NCBI GenBank assembly: GCA_036555085.1
Contig: DATBMD010000225.1
Span: 1 to 60,231 of the forward strand
Source: Gaiellaceae bacterium
Lineage (GTDB): Bacteria > Actinomycetota > Thermoleophilia > Gaiellales > Gaiellaceae
Direction: 5' to 3'
DNA: 60,231 bases
Positions 22,717 through 31,937 of the stretch are shown in pieces; the stretch's first letter is position 1, and every line of letters begins with the position of its first letter. A program made the position numbers and the translations under genes. The notes beneath the pieces were generated by a model that saw nothing but the letters and a program-made list of their open reading frames with translations, made no database searches and was not told the origin of the DNA.

Positions 22717-23409
22717 TCAGCTCGACAGCGGCGGCGCCGGCACCGGCTCCCCGGACGGGCTACGCGGCCCCGGGACGTTCGGGAACCGGAAGTCCACCGG
22801 CGGCCGGCCGGGCTGGACGGCCCAGACGTGCCCGCTCAGGCCCGACTGGAGCGCGAGCCAGACCGCGTCGGCGACCTCGGCTGCCTCGAGCAGCGGGAAG
22901 CCGGCCTCCGCGAGCGTCGTCCTCGTCGCACCGGTCACCATCGGCGTGTCGGCGAAGCCCGGGGCGACCGCGTTGATGGAGATCCCGCGCGCCGCGAGCG
23001 GCCCCGCCGCGCTCCGGACGAAGCCGACGACGGCGTGCTTCGTGGCCGCGTAGACGGGATCGCCGGGGACGGCGGTCAGGCCCGCGAGCGACGCCGTCGC
23101 AACGATCCGGCCGCCGTGCGGCTGCACGCGCGCGAGCCGGCGCACGCCGAGCACCACCCCGTCGACGTTGACGCCGATCGCCCGCCGGTAGCCGTCGAGC
23201 GTCAGCTCCGCCGGGTCGGCCGGCCCGCCGAGCACGCCGGCGTTCAGGCACGCGATCTCGACCGGGCCGACCTGCTCCCAGTGCTCGCTGTCGGAGACGT
23301 CGAACCCGGTGGTCAGGTCGAGCACCTCGACCTCGAGCTCCTCGGCGCGCAGGCGCGAGGCGATCGCCGCCCCGATCCCGGACGAGCCGCCGGTGACGAT
23401 CGCCCTCAC
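22717..23409 (-). CDS. Short-chain dehydrogenase/reductase
   Basis: GTGA overlap start. TGGSSGIG, LNAG and YAATK motifs. Confidence 0.9.
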   Translation of the reverse strand: MRAIVTGGSSGIGAAIASRLRAEELEVEVLDLTTGFDVSDSEHWEQVGPVEIACLNAGVLGGPADPAELTLDGYRRAIGVNVDGVVLGVRRLARVQPHGGRIVATASLAGLTAVPGDPVYAATKHAVVGFVRSAAGPLAARGISINAVAPGFADTPMVTGATRTTLAEAGFPLLEAAEVADAVWLALQSGLSGHVWAVQPGRPPVDFRFPNVPGPRSPSGEPVPAPPLSS

Positions 23410-24326
23410 GGCACGAGGACGACCTTGCCGGTCGAGCGCCGCTCCTCGACGTGCCGGTGCGCCTCGCCGGCCTCGCCCAGCGGGAAGCTCGCGCCGACCA
23501 CGGGCCGCAGCAGCCCCTCGCGCCACAACCGCAGCAGGTCGAGCGCCGCCCCGCGGACGAGCTCGGGCTGCAGTCCCATCAGCCGGCCCAGGTAGAAGCC
23601 GTGGACGCCGACGTTCCGCCCCACGAGCAGCGCCGGTTCCAGCTGCGGCCAGAGCCCGCCTGCGAACCCGATCTCGAGGGCGACGCCGAGCGGCCGCAGC
23701 AGCGTCAGCGAGTCGAGGAAGAGCGACCCGCCCACCGGGTCGAAGACGACGTCGACCGGCTCGATCTCTCCCAGCCGCTCGTACGTGACGGCCTGGCTCG
23801 CGCCGAGCGAGAGCGGGAGCGCGAGCTTCGCCTCCGCTCCGGCCGTGGCGACGACCTCCGCGCCGAGCAGGCGCGCAGCCTGCACGGCGGCGCTGCCGAC
23901 CCCGCCCGCGGCCGCATGCACCAGCACGCGCGACCCGGAGCGCAGGTCGGCCTGCCGCGTCAGCGGGATCCACGCTGTCAGGAACGCCATCAGGAACGCG
24001 GCGCCCTCCTCGAACGAGGCGCCGTCCGGAAGCTCGAAGAGCCACTGCTCGTCGAGCGGGACGCGCTCCGCATAGCCGCCGCCGGACTGCCGGACGAGCC
24101 CGACCACGCGCCTCCCGTCGACCTCGCCGGCCACCTCGACGCCGGGCACCCATGGCAGCTCGGGGGCCTGCGGGTAGAGCCCGCGCCGGACGAGCACCTC
24201 GAGGAAGTTGATCCCCGCGGCCCGCACGTCGACGACGACCTGCCCGTCCGCCGCCGTGGGCTCCGGCACGTCCCGGAGGACGAGCTGCTCCGGCCCGCCG
24301 ACCGCTTCTAGGACGACCGCCTTCAC
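23406..24326 (-). CDS. NADPH:quinone oxidoreductase (zeta-crystallin/MDR family)
   Basis: AAGINF, PGVEVAG, HAAAGGVG and STGKVVL motifs. Confidence 0.9.
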   Translation of the reverse strand: MKAVVLEAVGGPEQLVLRDVPEPTAADGQVVVDVRAAGINFLEVLVRRGLYPQAPELPWVPGVEVAGEVDGRRVVGLVRQSGGGYAERVPLDEQWLFELPDGASFEEGAAFLMAFLTAWIPLTRQADLRSGSRVLVHAAAGGVGSAAVQAARLLGAEVVATAGAEAKLALPLSLGASQAVTYERLGEIEPVDVVFDPVGGSLFLDSLTLLRPLGVALEIGFAGGLWPQLEPALLVGRNVGVHGFYLGRLMGLQPELVRGAALDLLRLWREGLLRPVVGASFPLGEAGEAHRHVEERRSTGKVVLVP

Positions 24327-25099
24327 CGGCCGGTGAAGTTCGGCGCCCGCTTCTCGAGGAACGCGGCGACCCCCTCCAGGCCGTCCTCGCTGCGCAGGCA
24401 GCGCGCAAACCCGTCGGCCTCGCGCCGCAGGCCCTCCGCGAGCGGCAGGTCGCGGGTCGTTCGCGCCAGCTCGCGCAGGACGGCGATCGCGTGCGGCGAC
24501 CGCTCCGCGAAGGTCCTCGCGATCCCCAGCGCGGCCTCGCCGAGCTGCTCGCGCGGCACGACCTGCTCCACGAGCCCCCAGTCGTAAGCGGTGCGGGCGT
24601 CGAGGAACTCGCCGCCCAGGTTCAGCAGCATCGCGCGGCCGTGCCCGACGAGCCGCGGCAGCCGTTGCGTGCCGCCGCCGCCGGGGATCAGGCCGAGCTT
24701 GATCTCCGGCTGGCCGAGCTGCGCGTCCTCGGACGCCACCCGCACGTCGCAGCACATCGCGAGCTCGAGGCCGCCGCCCAGGCAGTAGCCGTGGATCGCG
24801 GCCACGAACGGCGTTCCTGCCGCGTCCATCCGCGCCCCGAGCGCCTGGATCCCGCGCGCCGAGCCCCCGTCGCCGGCCGACTCGCTCAGGTCGGGGAACT
24901 CGCTGATGTCCGCCCCCGCGACGAAGGCGCGCTCCCCGGCTCCGCGGATCACGATCGCGCGCGCGCCCTGGTCGGCGTCGAGCCGCTCGACCTCCGCCTC
25001 GAGCTCCTCGAGCAGCCTGGCCGAGAGCGCGTTCATCGGCGGATGGTCGATCGTGACGATTGCGACGGCGCCGTCCTGCTCGGTCGAGACGAGCTCCAT
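24323..25099 (-). CDS. Enoyl-CoA hydratase/isomerase
   Basis: FVAGADI, GGGLELA and QPEIKLGLIPGGGGTQRL motifs. Confidence 0.92.
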   Translation of the reverse strand: MELVSTEQDGAVAIVTIDHPPMNALSARLLEELEAEVERLDADQGARAIVIRGAGERAFVAGADISEFPDLSESAGDGGSARGIQALGARMDAAGTPFVAAIHGYCLGGGLELAMCCDVRVASEDAQLGQPEIKLGLIPGGGGTQRLPRLVGHGRAMLLNLGGEFLDARTAYDWGLVEQVVPREQLGEAALGIARTFAERSPHAIAVLRELARTTRDLPLAEGLRREADGFARCLRSEDGLEGVAAFLEKRAPNFTGR

Positions 25100-25112
25100 C
25101 GATCGCTCCTTC

Positions 25113-26726
25113 CTAGGCGGACGTCTTCGCGGGCTGTGCGTACTGCTCGCGGAGGGTCGTCTTGCGGAACTTCCCGACCGCCGTCTTCGGGATCTCGTCG
25201 ACGAACTCGTACCGGTCGGGCAGCCACCACTTCGCGAACTGCGGCGACAGGTGCTCTCGCAGCTCGTCGCCGGTCGCGGCGGCGCCGTCGCGGAGGACGA
25301 CCACGGCCAGAGGGCGCTCCGACCACCGCTCGTCCGGGACGGCGATCACCGCCGCCTCGAGGACGGCCGCGTGCCCCATCAGCGCATTCTCGAGCGCCAC
25401 GGTCGAGATCCACTCGCCCCCCGACTTGACGAGGTCCTTCGCGCGGTCCTGCACCTTCACGTAGCCGTCGGGCCCGATCGTGACCACGTCGCCCGTCCTG
25501 AACCAGCCGTCGTCGGTCCAGCGGTCGGCGCTGTCCGGCGCGTCGTAGTACGAGGACGCGACCGCGACGCCGCGCACCTCCAGCTCGCCCATCGTCTCCC
25601 CGTCCCACGGCACCAGCCCCTCGGCGCCCCGCGCGCGGACCTCGACGAAGGGGATCGGCGGGCCCTGCTCGGCCCGCTTGTCGTAGGCGGCGGCTCCCGT
25701 CAGCCCCTCCTCCTGGCCGGGACCGCCCGAGAGCGTCCCCACGGGGCACATCTCGGTCATCCCCCAGCCGTGCACGAGGTGCAGGCCGTGCCGCTCCTGG
25801 AACGCCTCGATCATCGCACGCGGCGGCGCCGCCCCGCCCACGGTCATCGTCCGCATCGCCGACAGGTCCCAGCCGCCCGGGTTGGCGTCGAGCGCCTGCA
25901 GAATGCCGGTCCAGATCGTCGGCACCCCGGCGGAGATCGTCACGCGCTCCTGCTCGAAGTCCTCGAGCAGGCTGACCGGGTCGAGGTGCGGGCCGGGGAA
26001 CACCTGCTTCGCGCCGACGAGCGCGCACGAGAACGGGAAGCACCAGGCGTTCGCGTGGAACATCGGCACCACGGGCAGGCAGGTGTCGGCCTGGGTGAGC
26101 CCGATCCCTGGCCCGACCGTGAGCGCGTGGACGGCAATCGCCCGGTGCGAGTAGACGACCCCCTTCGGCCGCCCGGTCGTCCCGCTCGTGAAGCACATCG
26201 CCGCCGCCAGCCGCTCGTCGATGTCGCGATAGGCGAACGCGCTCTCGTCGGCGTCCGCGATCAGGCTCTCGTAGTCGATCGCGCCGTCCGGCAGGTCGCC
26301 CTCGCCGACCGCGATGACGTGCTCGAAGCCGCAGCGGGGGACGAACGGCTCCGCGAGCGGCCAGAGGACCTTGTCGACCACCAGCACCCGGTCGCCGGCG
26401 TGGGTCGCGATGTACGTGTTGTCGTCGGGGTGGAGCCGCAGGTTCAGCGTGTGCGTGACGAAGCCTCCGGCGGGCGCTCCGATGTAGGTCTCGAAGTGCT
26501 CGTGGTGGTTCCACATGAACGTCGCGACGCGGTCGCCGTCCTCCAGCCCGAGCCCGCGCAACGCGACCGCGAGCCGCTTCGTCCGCGACACGACCTCGCG
26601 ATACGTGGAGCGGTGCCAGCTCTTGTCTGGCAGCCGCGTCACGATCTCCCGGTCGCCGTAGAGCTCGTCGGCGCGCCGCAGGATCGCGGGCACGTTCAGC
26701 TGGTAGTCCATCATCAGACCCCGCAT
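25113..26726 (-). CDS. Medium/long-chain acyl-CoA ligase (AlkK/DmdB-like)
   Basis: TSGTTGRPKGV, PMFHANAW, WGMTE and DRAKDLVKSGGEWIS motifs. Confidence 0.92.
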   Translation of the reverse strand: MRGLMMDYQLNVPAILRRADELYGDREIVTRLPDKSWHRSTYREVVSRTKRLAVALRGLGLEDGDRVATFMWNHHEHFETYIGAPAGGFVTHTLNLRLHPDDNTYIATHAGDRVLVVDKVLWPLAEPFVPRCGFEHVIAVGEGDLPDGAIDYESLIADADESAFAYRDIDERLAAAMCFTSGTTGRPKGVVYSHRAIAVHALTVGPGIGLTQADTCLPVVPMFHANAWCFPFSCALVGAKQVFPGPHLDPVSLLEDFEQERVTISAGVPTIWTGILQALDANPGGWDLSAMRTMTVGGAAPPRAMIEAFQERHGLHLVHGWGMTEMCPVGTLSGGPGQEEGLTGAAAYDKRAEQGPPIPFVEVRARGAEGLVPWDGETMGELEVRGVAVASSYYDAPDSADRWTDDGWFRTGDVVTIGPDGYVKVQDRAKDLVKSGGEWISTVALENALMGHAAVLEAAVIAVPDERWSERPLAVVVLRDGAAATGDELREHLSPQFAKWWLPDRYEFVDEIPKTAVGKFRKTTLREQYAQPAKTSA

Positions 26727-26727
26727 C

Positions 26728-27657
26728 TCAGGCTCCTTTTCCGTCGAAGAGAGCTGCCGCGACCTCTGCCCGGAGCTGTGCGCCGGACGCGCCCCAGGCC
26801 TGGATCCCGAGCGCGCGCTTGTAGAGGCGGTGGAGGACGTGCTCCCAGGTGAAGCCGATCCCGCCGTGCACCTGGATCGAGCGCTCGCACGCCGCCACCG
26901 CCGCTTCGGCCGCCTGGGCCTTCGCCGAGGCCGCGGCGAGGTCCGCCTGGGGCTCGTCTACCGCCACGCACCAGGCTGCCCAGAGCGCCAGCGAGCGGGC
27001 GAGCTCGAGCTCCGTGTACGTGGTGGCGAGCGCGTGCGACACCGCCTGGTAGCTGCCGATCGGACGCCCGAACTGCTCCCGCGTGTTGGCGTGCTCGACC
27101 GCCAGCTCGAGTGCGCGGTGGCCGACCCCGCAGGCCTCCATCGCGAGCGCGGCGTACGCCCGCCGCCGCAGCATCGGCACGGCCTCGGCGCCGGCGAGCC
27201 GGCTGCCGCGCTCCCCGCCCGAGACCGTCCCGAGCGGCCTCGACTCGTCGATCGTCTCGAGAACGGTGCGCTCGCAGCCCACGAGCTCGTAGACGCCGTC
27301 CTCGCCGGCGACGGCGATCCGGGCGGCGGTGTCGAGGTCCGGTACGAGCGGTTCGAGCGCGAGCGTCCAGCTGCTCTCGCCGGCGGCGACCGCCCGCTGC
27401 TCGCCGGCCGGCAGCGCCGGCAGGACCAGGGCGACGGTCGAGAAGAAGGGACCGTGGTAGAGAGCGCGCGCGAGCTCCTCGACGAGCACGGCCTCCTCGA
27501 GGAAGCCCAGGCCGGCACCGCCCGCGTCCTCGGCCACCGAGACCCCCGTCCAGCCGAGCTCGGCCAGCTGTTCCCAGTCCGGCGCCTGGTGCTCGGCGAG
27601 GAACGCGCGCGCCTGGGCCCGCAGCTCCTCCTGCTCGGCGCTCAGCGCGAAGTCCAC
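26728..27657 (-). CDS. Short acyl-CoA dehydrogenase-family subunit
   Basis: Starts VDFALSAEQEEL. REQFGRPIGSYQAV and IQVHGGIGFTWEH motifs; only about 309 aa. Confidence 0.85.
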   Translation of the reverse strand: MDFALSAEQEELRAQARAFLAEHQAPDWEQLAELGWTGVSVAEDAGGAGLGFLEEAVLVEELARALYHGPFFSTVALVLPALPAGEQRAVAAGESSWTLALEPLVPDLDTAARIAVAGEDGVYELVGCERTVLETIDESRPLGTVSGGERGSRLAGAEAVPMLRRRAYAALAMEACGVGHRALELAVEHANTREQFGRPIGSYQAVSHALATTYTELELARSLALWAAWCVAVDEPQADLAAASAKAQAAEAAVAACERSIQVHGGIGFTWEHVLHRLYKRALGIQAWGASGAQLRAEVAAALFDGKGA

Positions 27658-28817
27658 TACCTCGACCTCGGCAGGCCGAGCACACGCTCGGCCACGATGC
27701 TCCGCAGGATCTCCGAGGTGCCCGCCTCGATCGTGTTGCCCCGGCTCCGTAGCTGCTGGTGCTGCCAAAAGCCGCCGTACGGGGCGCTCTCGCCGGCGAG
27801 CTGGGCGTCCGGGCCGAGCAGCTCGAGCGCGAGCCGCGTCAGGCGCTGGTTCGCCTCCGACCACTGGAGCTTCGCGATCGAGCCCTCCGGGCCGGGGATG
27901 CCGGTCCGCATCAGGGTCGTCAGCGACCGGTAGTTGGTGTAGCGGAGCGCCTGCAGCTCGATCCACTCGCGCGCGATCGCCTCTCGCTGCCGGGGCGACG
28001 CGCCGCGCTCGCGCGCCAGCGCGATCAGCTTCCGGACGGCGACCTCCAGCGTCGCGGTGAGCGCGAAGCCGAGCGTCCCGCGCTCGTGGAGGAGGGTCGT
28101 CATGGCCACCTGCCAGCCGCCGCCGACGTCTCCGAGAACGTTCTCGACCGGCACCTCGACGCCGGTGAAGAAGATCTCGTTGAACTCCGCTTCGCCCGTG
28201 ATCTGGCGCAGCGGCCGTACCTCGACCCCGGGCGAGCGCATGTCGACGATCAGGTACGTGAGCCCCTGGTGCCGCTCGGACTCCGGGTCGCTCCGGGTGA
28301 CGAGGATGCAGAAGTCGGCGATGTGCGCGAACGACGACCAGACCTTCTGCCCGTCGACGACGAAGTGACCGTCGTCGAGCCTCGCGCTGGTGCGCGCGCC
28401 GGCGAGGTCGGAGCCTGCGCCCGGCTCGGAGAAGCCCTGGCACCAGATGTCCTCGGCCGAGAGGATGCGGGAGAGGTAGCGCGCCTTCTGCTGCTCGGTG
28501 CCGTGGGCCATGATGGTCGGCCCGGCCATCCCGAGCCCGATCACGCCGACGTGGGGCGGCGCCTCCGCGCGCGCGGTCTCCTCGAGGAAGATCGCCTGAT
28601 GGCTGTACGGCTGGCCGCCGCCTCCGTACTCCTTCGGCCAGGTCAGGCCCGCGTAGCCAGCGTCGTGGAGCGCCCGGCTCCAGTTCCGCACCTCCGGCCC
28701 GTCGAAGCGCGCCGCGCCGCCGCGATGGCTCCTGAGCGCGTCGGGGAGGTTCGCGGCGATCCAGGCGCGCAGCTCCGCCCGGAACGCGGCCTCCTCGGGC
28801 GTGTCTCGCAGATCCAC
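27657..28817 (-). CDS. Acyl-CoA dehydrogenase
   Basis: WCQGFSEPGAGSDLA, GQKVWSS, EFNEIFF and TIEAGTSEI motifs. Confidence 0.92.
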   Translation of the reverse strand: MDLRDTPEEAAFRAELRAWIAANLPDALRSHRGGAARFDGPEVRNWSRALHDAGYAGLTWPKEYGGGGQPYSHQAIFLEETARAEAPPHVGVIGLGMAGPTIMAHGTEQQKARYLSRILSAEDIWCQGFSEPGAGSDLAGARTSARLDDGHFVVDGQKVWSSFAHIADFCILVTRSDPESERHQGLTYLIVDMRSPGVEVRPLRQITGEAEFNEIFFTGVEVPVENVLGDVGGGWQVAMTTLLHERGTLGFALTATLEVAVRKLIALARERGASPRQREAIAREWIELQALRYTNYRSLTTLMRTGIPGPEGSIAKLQWSEANQRLTRLALELLGPDAQLAGESAPYGGFWQHQQLRSRGNTIEAGTSEILRSIVAERVLGLPRSR

Positions 28818-28860
28818 GGCGCGATGCTAGCCCGCGCCCGCCCCGCAGGCCAGGTGCACC

Positions 28861-29493
28861 CTACGACCGCCGCTCGAAGGCCAGGCGCACGCCGAGAGCG
28901 ACGAGCACGGCGCCCGTCGCGCGCTCGACCCACGACAGCACGGCGGGCCGCGCCAGCACCCGCCCGACGCCCGCGACGGCGAGCGCGTAGCCGGTCAGCC
29001 ACAGGAGCCCCATCAGCACGAAGATCGCGGCCAGCAGCAGCGTCCGCGCCGCCGCGCCGGCACCCGGCTCGACGAACTGCGGGATCAGCGTCGTGTAGAC
29101 GACCGCCACCTTCGGGTTGAGGAGGTTGGTCAGCAAACCCTGGCGCAGGGCGGCGCGCGCCGTGAGCGGCGGCGAGGCAGCCACGGCCGGCCCCGGCCCG
29201 CGAGCCCGGAACGAGTCGAGCAGGAGCCGGACGCCGAGGTACGCGAGGTATGCGGCCCCGGCGAGCTTCAGGAGCGTGAACGCCGTCGCCGACGCCTGCA
29301 TGAGCGCGGCGATCCCGAGCGCGGCGGCGAGCGCCCAGACGACCAGGCCTGTGTTGATTCCGAGCGCGGTCGCGAGCGCAGTGCGGCGGCCGCCCCGCAG
29401 CCCGTTGCGGAGCACGAGCGCCATGTCCGGCCCCGGCACGACGACGATCACGGCCGCGACCGCGACGAACCCGAGGAGGTTGTCGTCGAGCAT
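28861..29493 (-). CDS. LysE/RhtB-family exporter
   Basis: PGPD, GAAYLAYLG and NLLNPK motifs; ATG at 29493. Confidence 0.9.
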   Translation of the reverse strand: MLDDNLLGFVAVAAVIVVVPGPDMALVLRNGLRGGRRTALATALGINTGLVVWALAAALGIAALMQASATAFTLLKLAGAAYLAYLGVRLLLDSFRARGPGPAVAASPPLTARAALRQGLLTNLLNPKVAVVYTTLIPQFVEPGAGAAARTLLLAAIFVLMGLLWLTGYALAVAGVGRVLARPAVLSWVERATGAVLVALGVRLAFERRS

Positions 29494-29504
29494 CCCGACC
29501 GAGC

Positions 29505-30647
29505 CTAGGCCACCAGCGAGCGATCGACGTCGCCGACGGTACGCAGCCCCGAGAGCACGAAGGCGAGGTCGACCTCCGCCGCGATCTGGCGGATCACCGC
29601 CTCCACCCCCGCCTGACCGCCGACCGCCAGCCCGTAGACGAAGGGGCGCCCGACCAGCACGGCGTCCGCCCCCAGAGCCAGTGCCTTGAGCACGTCCGTG
29701 CCCCGGCGGACGCCCGAGTCCATCAGCACCGTCGCCTCCGGTCCGACCGCGGCCCGAACCTCGACCAGGGCGTCGAGCGCGGCCACGGAGCCGTCGAGCT
29801 GCCGGCCGCCGTGGTTGGAGACGACGATGCCCGCGGCGCCGTGCTCGAGGGCCAGGCGCGCGTCGTCGCCCCTGACGACGCCCTTCACGAGGATCGGCAA
29901 CCGCGTCTGCCCGCGGAGCCAGGCGAGATCCGGCCAGGTGAGCGCGAGGTTCGGGAACACCGCCAGCGCCTGCGCCGCGGCGCCCAGCGGATCCTCGTCG
30001 GGCGGCGCTTCCAGCCGCGCCCGGAAGACCGGGTCGGAGAAGAAGTGCGCAAGCCCGTGGCCCGCGAGGAACGGGAGGAAGCCGTGGCGCAGGTCGCGGT
30101 CGCGCCAGCCGAGGACGATCGTGTCCACCGTCACGACCACGGCGCCGTAGCCGGCCGCTTCGGCCCGGGCGACGACGCTGGCCGTCACCTCGCGGTCGTT
30201 GAACCAGTAGAGCTGGAACCAGCGCAGCGGGCCTTCGGCGGCGACGTCCTCGATCGTCGTCGACGCTGCGCCCGAGAGCACCATCGGCACTCCGGTTGCC
30301 GCGGCTGCGCGCGCGACGGCGAGGTCGGCGTCCGGATGGACGATCGACAGCGTCCCGACGGGCGCGAGCAGAAAGGGGACGGGCGAGCGCAGCCCGAGGA
30401 GCTCGACCGAGAGATCGCGCTCGGCGGTGCCGGCGAGCATCCGCGGGCGCAGGCGCGCGCGCTCGAACGCGGCGAGGTTCTCCCGCATCGTCGCCTCCGA
30501 GCCCGCGCCCCCGGCGACGTAGTCGAAGGCGGCCGGCTCGAGCGCCGCGCGGGCCCGCTCTTCCCACTCGGCCGGCGTCAGCGGCCAGTCGTGGGCGCCG
30601 GCGATGTAGATCGCGTTCTGGAAGACCTGGCCCGGGTCGAGCGTCAC
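29505..30647 (-). CDS. FMN-dependent alpha-hydroxy acid oxidase (lactate 2-monooxygenase-like)
   Basis: YVAGGAGSE, WFQLY, VSNHGGRQLDG and DSGVRRG motifs. Start GTG is 30647 or 30653. Confidence 0.88.
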   Translation of the reverse strand: MTLDPGQVFQNAIYIAGAHDWPLTPAEWEERARAALEPAAFDYVAGGAGSEATMRENLAAFERARLRPRMLAGTAERDLSVELLGLRSPVPFLLAPVGTLSIVHPDADLAVARAAAATGVPMVLSGAASTTIEDVAAEGPLRWFQLYWFNDREVTASVVARAEAAGYGAVVVTVDTIVLGWRDRDLRHGFLPFLAGHGLAHFFSDPVFRARLEAPPDEDPLGAAAQALAVFPNLALTWPDLAWLRGQTRLPILVKGVVRGDDARLALEHGAAGIVVSNHGGRQLDGSVAALDALVEVRAAVGPEATVLMDSGVRRGTDVLKALALGADAVLVGRPFVYGLAVGGQAGVEAVIRQIAAEVDLAFVLSGLRTVGDVDRSLVA

Positions 30648-30681
30648 TGCCACCGATCCTACGGCCCGGCGGGGTCTCGTT

Positions 30682-30722
30682 GGGGAGTGCCATCGGGAGG
30701 GCGGGAGGGGAGTGCCATCGGG
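30682..30722. repeat. Perfect 16-bp direct repeat, two copies with a 25-bp period
   Basis: ggggagtgccatcggg at 30682-30697 and 30707-30722, in a divergent intergenic region. Confidence 0.75.
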
Positions 30723-30723
30723 G

Positions 30724-30755
30724 CTGTACGGGCCGGACAGGTCCGGCCCCTACAG
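30724..30755. repeat. GTAG-family REP-like palindrome
   Basis: ctgta-c-gggccggac-ag-gtccggccc-c-tacag; the minus strand reads GTAGGGGCCGGACCTGTCCGGCCC. Confidence 0.6.
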
Positions 30756-30894
30756 GCGGGGGGAACGGGCGCCGATGACCCGTTTACGACCCCTTAACGC
30801 GGGGCGGAGCCGCACCTCTCTACCATCGAGGGTTGAGCGGGCGGCGCCCGCTCGCGTTGCACCCGACACCATCGTCCGACAGAGGGAGCCGCTG

Positions 30895-31917
30895 ATGTCA
30901 GGTACCGAGAGCGAGATGCCGCCCGGCACTGCGCACGACGCGCGCCGCGAGCGGCTCGAGGAGGCGCTCGTCGAGATCAAGCGAGTGATCGCGGGCCAGG
31001 ACGCGATGCTCGAGCGCGTACTCGTCTGCCTGGTCGCGGGCGGGCACCTCCTGATCGAGGGCGTTCCCGGCCTGGCCAAGACGCTGACGATCAAGACGAC
31101 CGCGGCCGTGCTCGGCGGCACCTTCAAGCGCGTCCAGTTCACACCCGACCTCGTGCCGTCGGACCTGGTCGGGACGAGGATCTACAAGCCGCGCACGACG
31201 ACCTTCGCGGTGGAGCTCGGGCCGGTGTTCTGCAACTTCCTGCTCGCGGACGAGATCAACCGCGCGCCCGCGAAGGTGCAGTCGGCCCTGCTCGAGGTGA
31301 TGCAGGAGCGCCAGGTGACGATCGGGCACGAGACGCACCCGGTCCCGGACCCGTTCCTCGTGATGGCGACGCAGAACCCGATCGAGTCGGAGGGCACCTA
31401 CCCGCTGCCCGAGGCGCAGGTCGACCGGTTCATGCTGAAGGTGCTCGTGGGGTATCCGGAGCGCGACGAGGAGCTGACGGTCGTCCAGCGCTCGCTCGAG
31501 CTGCCGGCCGAGGTGCGCCAGGTGCTGTCGCTCGTGGACCTGAAGGAGCTGCAGCGCTCCGCGCTCGAGGTCTACGTCGACCCGTCGCTCGTCTCCTACG
31601 CCGTCACCCTCGCGACGGCGACGCGCGTCCCCGCCCGGCACGGGCTGGATGCGTGGTCGGAGTACGTCGCCTACGGCGCGAGCCCGCGCGGCCCGATCGC
31701 GCTCGTCCAGAGCGCACGCGCGCTCGCCCTGATCCACGGCCGCGACTACGTGATCACGCAGGACCTGCTCGCGCTCGTCAAGGACGCCTTCCGCCACCGT
31801 CTGGTCCTGACCTATCAGGCGCTCGCGGAGGAGAAGTCGGCCGACGACATCCTCGACGCAGTCATCCACGCGGTCCCGCAGCCGGCGCTCGACCTGCGGC
31901 GGATCGCCGCGGCATGA
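30895..31917 (+). CDS. moxR: MoxR-family AAA+ ATPase
   Basis: EGVPGLAKT, RVQFTPDLVPSD, LADEINRAPAK, ATQNPIE and GASPR motifs. Confidence 0.93.
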   Translation: MSGTESEMPPGTAHDARRERLEEALVEIKRVIAGQDAMLERVLVCLVAGGHLLIEGVPGLAKTLTIKTTAAVLGGTFKRVQFTPDLVPSDLVGTRIYKPRTTTFAVELGPVFCNFLLADEINRAPAKVQSALLEVMQERQVTIGHETHPVPDPFLVMATQNPIESEGTYPLPEAQVDRFMLKVLVGYPERDEELTVVQRSLELPAEVRQVLSLVDLKELQRSALEVYVDPSLVSYAVTLATATRVPARHGLDAWSEYVAYGASPRGPIALVQSARALALIHGRDYVITQDLLALVKDAFRHRLVLTYQALAEEKSADDILDAVIHAVPQPALDLRRIAAA

Positions 31918-31937
31918 TCCTCCCGCCACGCGCATGA
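31914..31937 (+). CDS. 7-aa minigene MILPPRA, coupled by ATGA overlaps at both ends
   Basis: ATG 31914 overlaps the moxR TGA, and its own TGA (31935-31937) overlaps ATG 31934. Confidence 0.4.
   Translation: MILPPRA

Noticed and set aside
30682-30722. Direct repeat considered as a mini-CRISPR
   Set aside because: There are only two 16-bp copies with a 9-nt spacer, too short for a CRISPR repeat-spacer unit.
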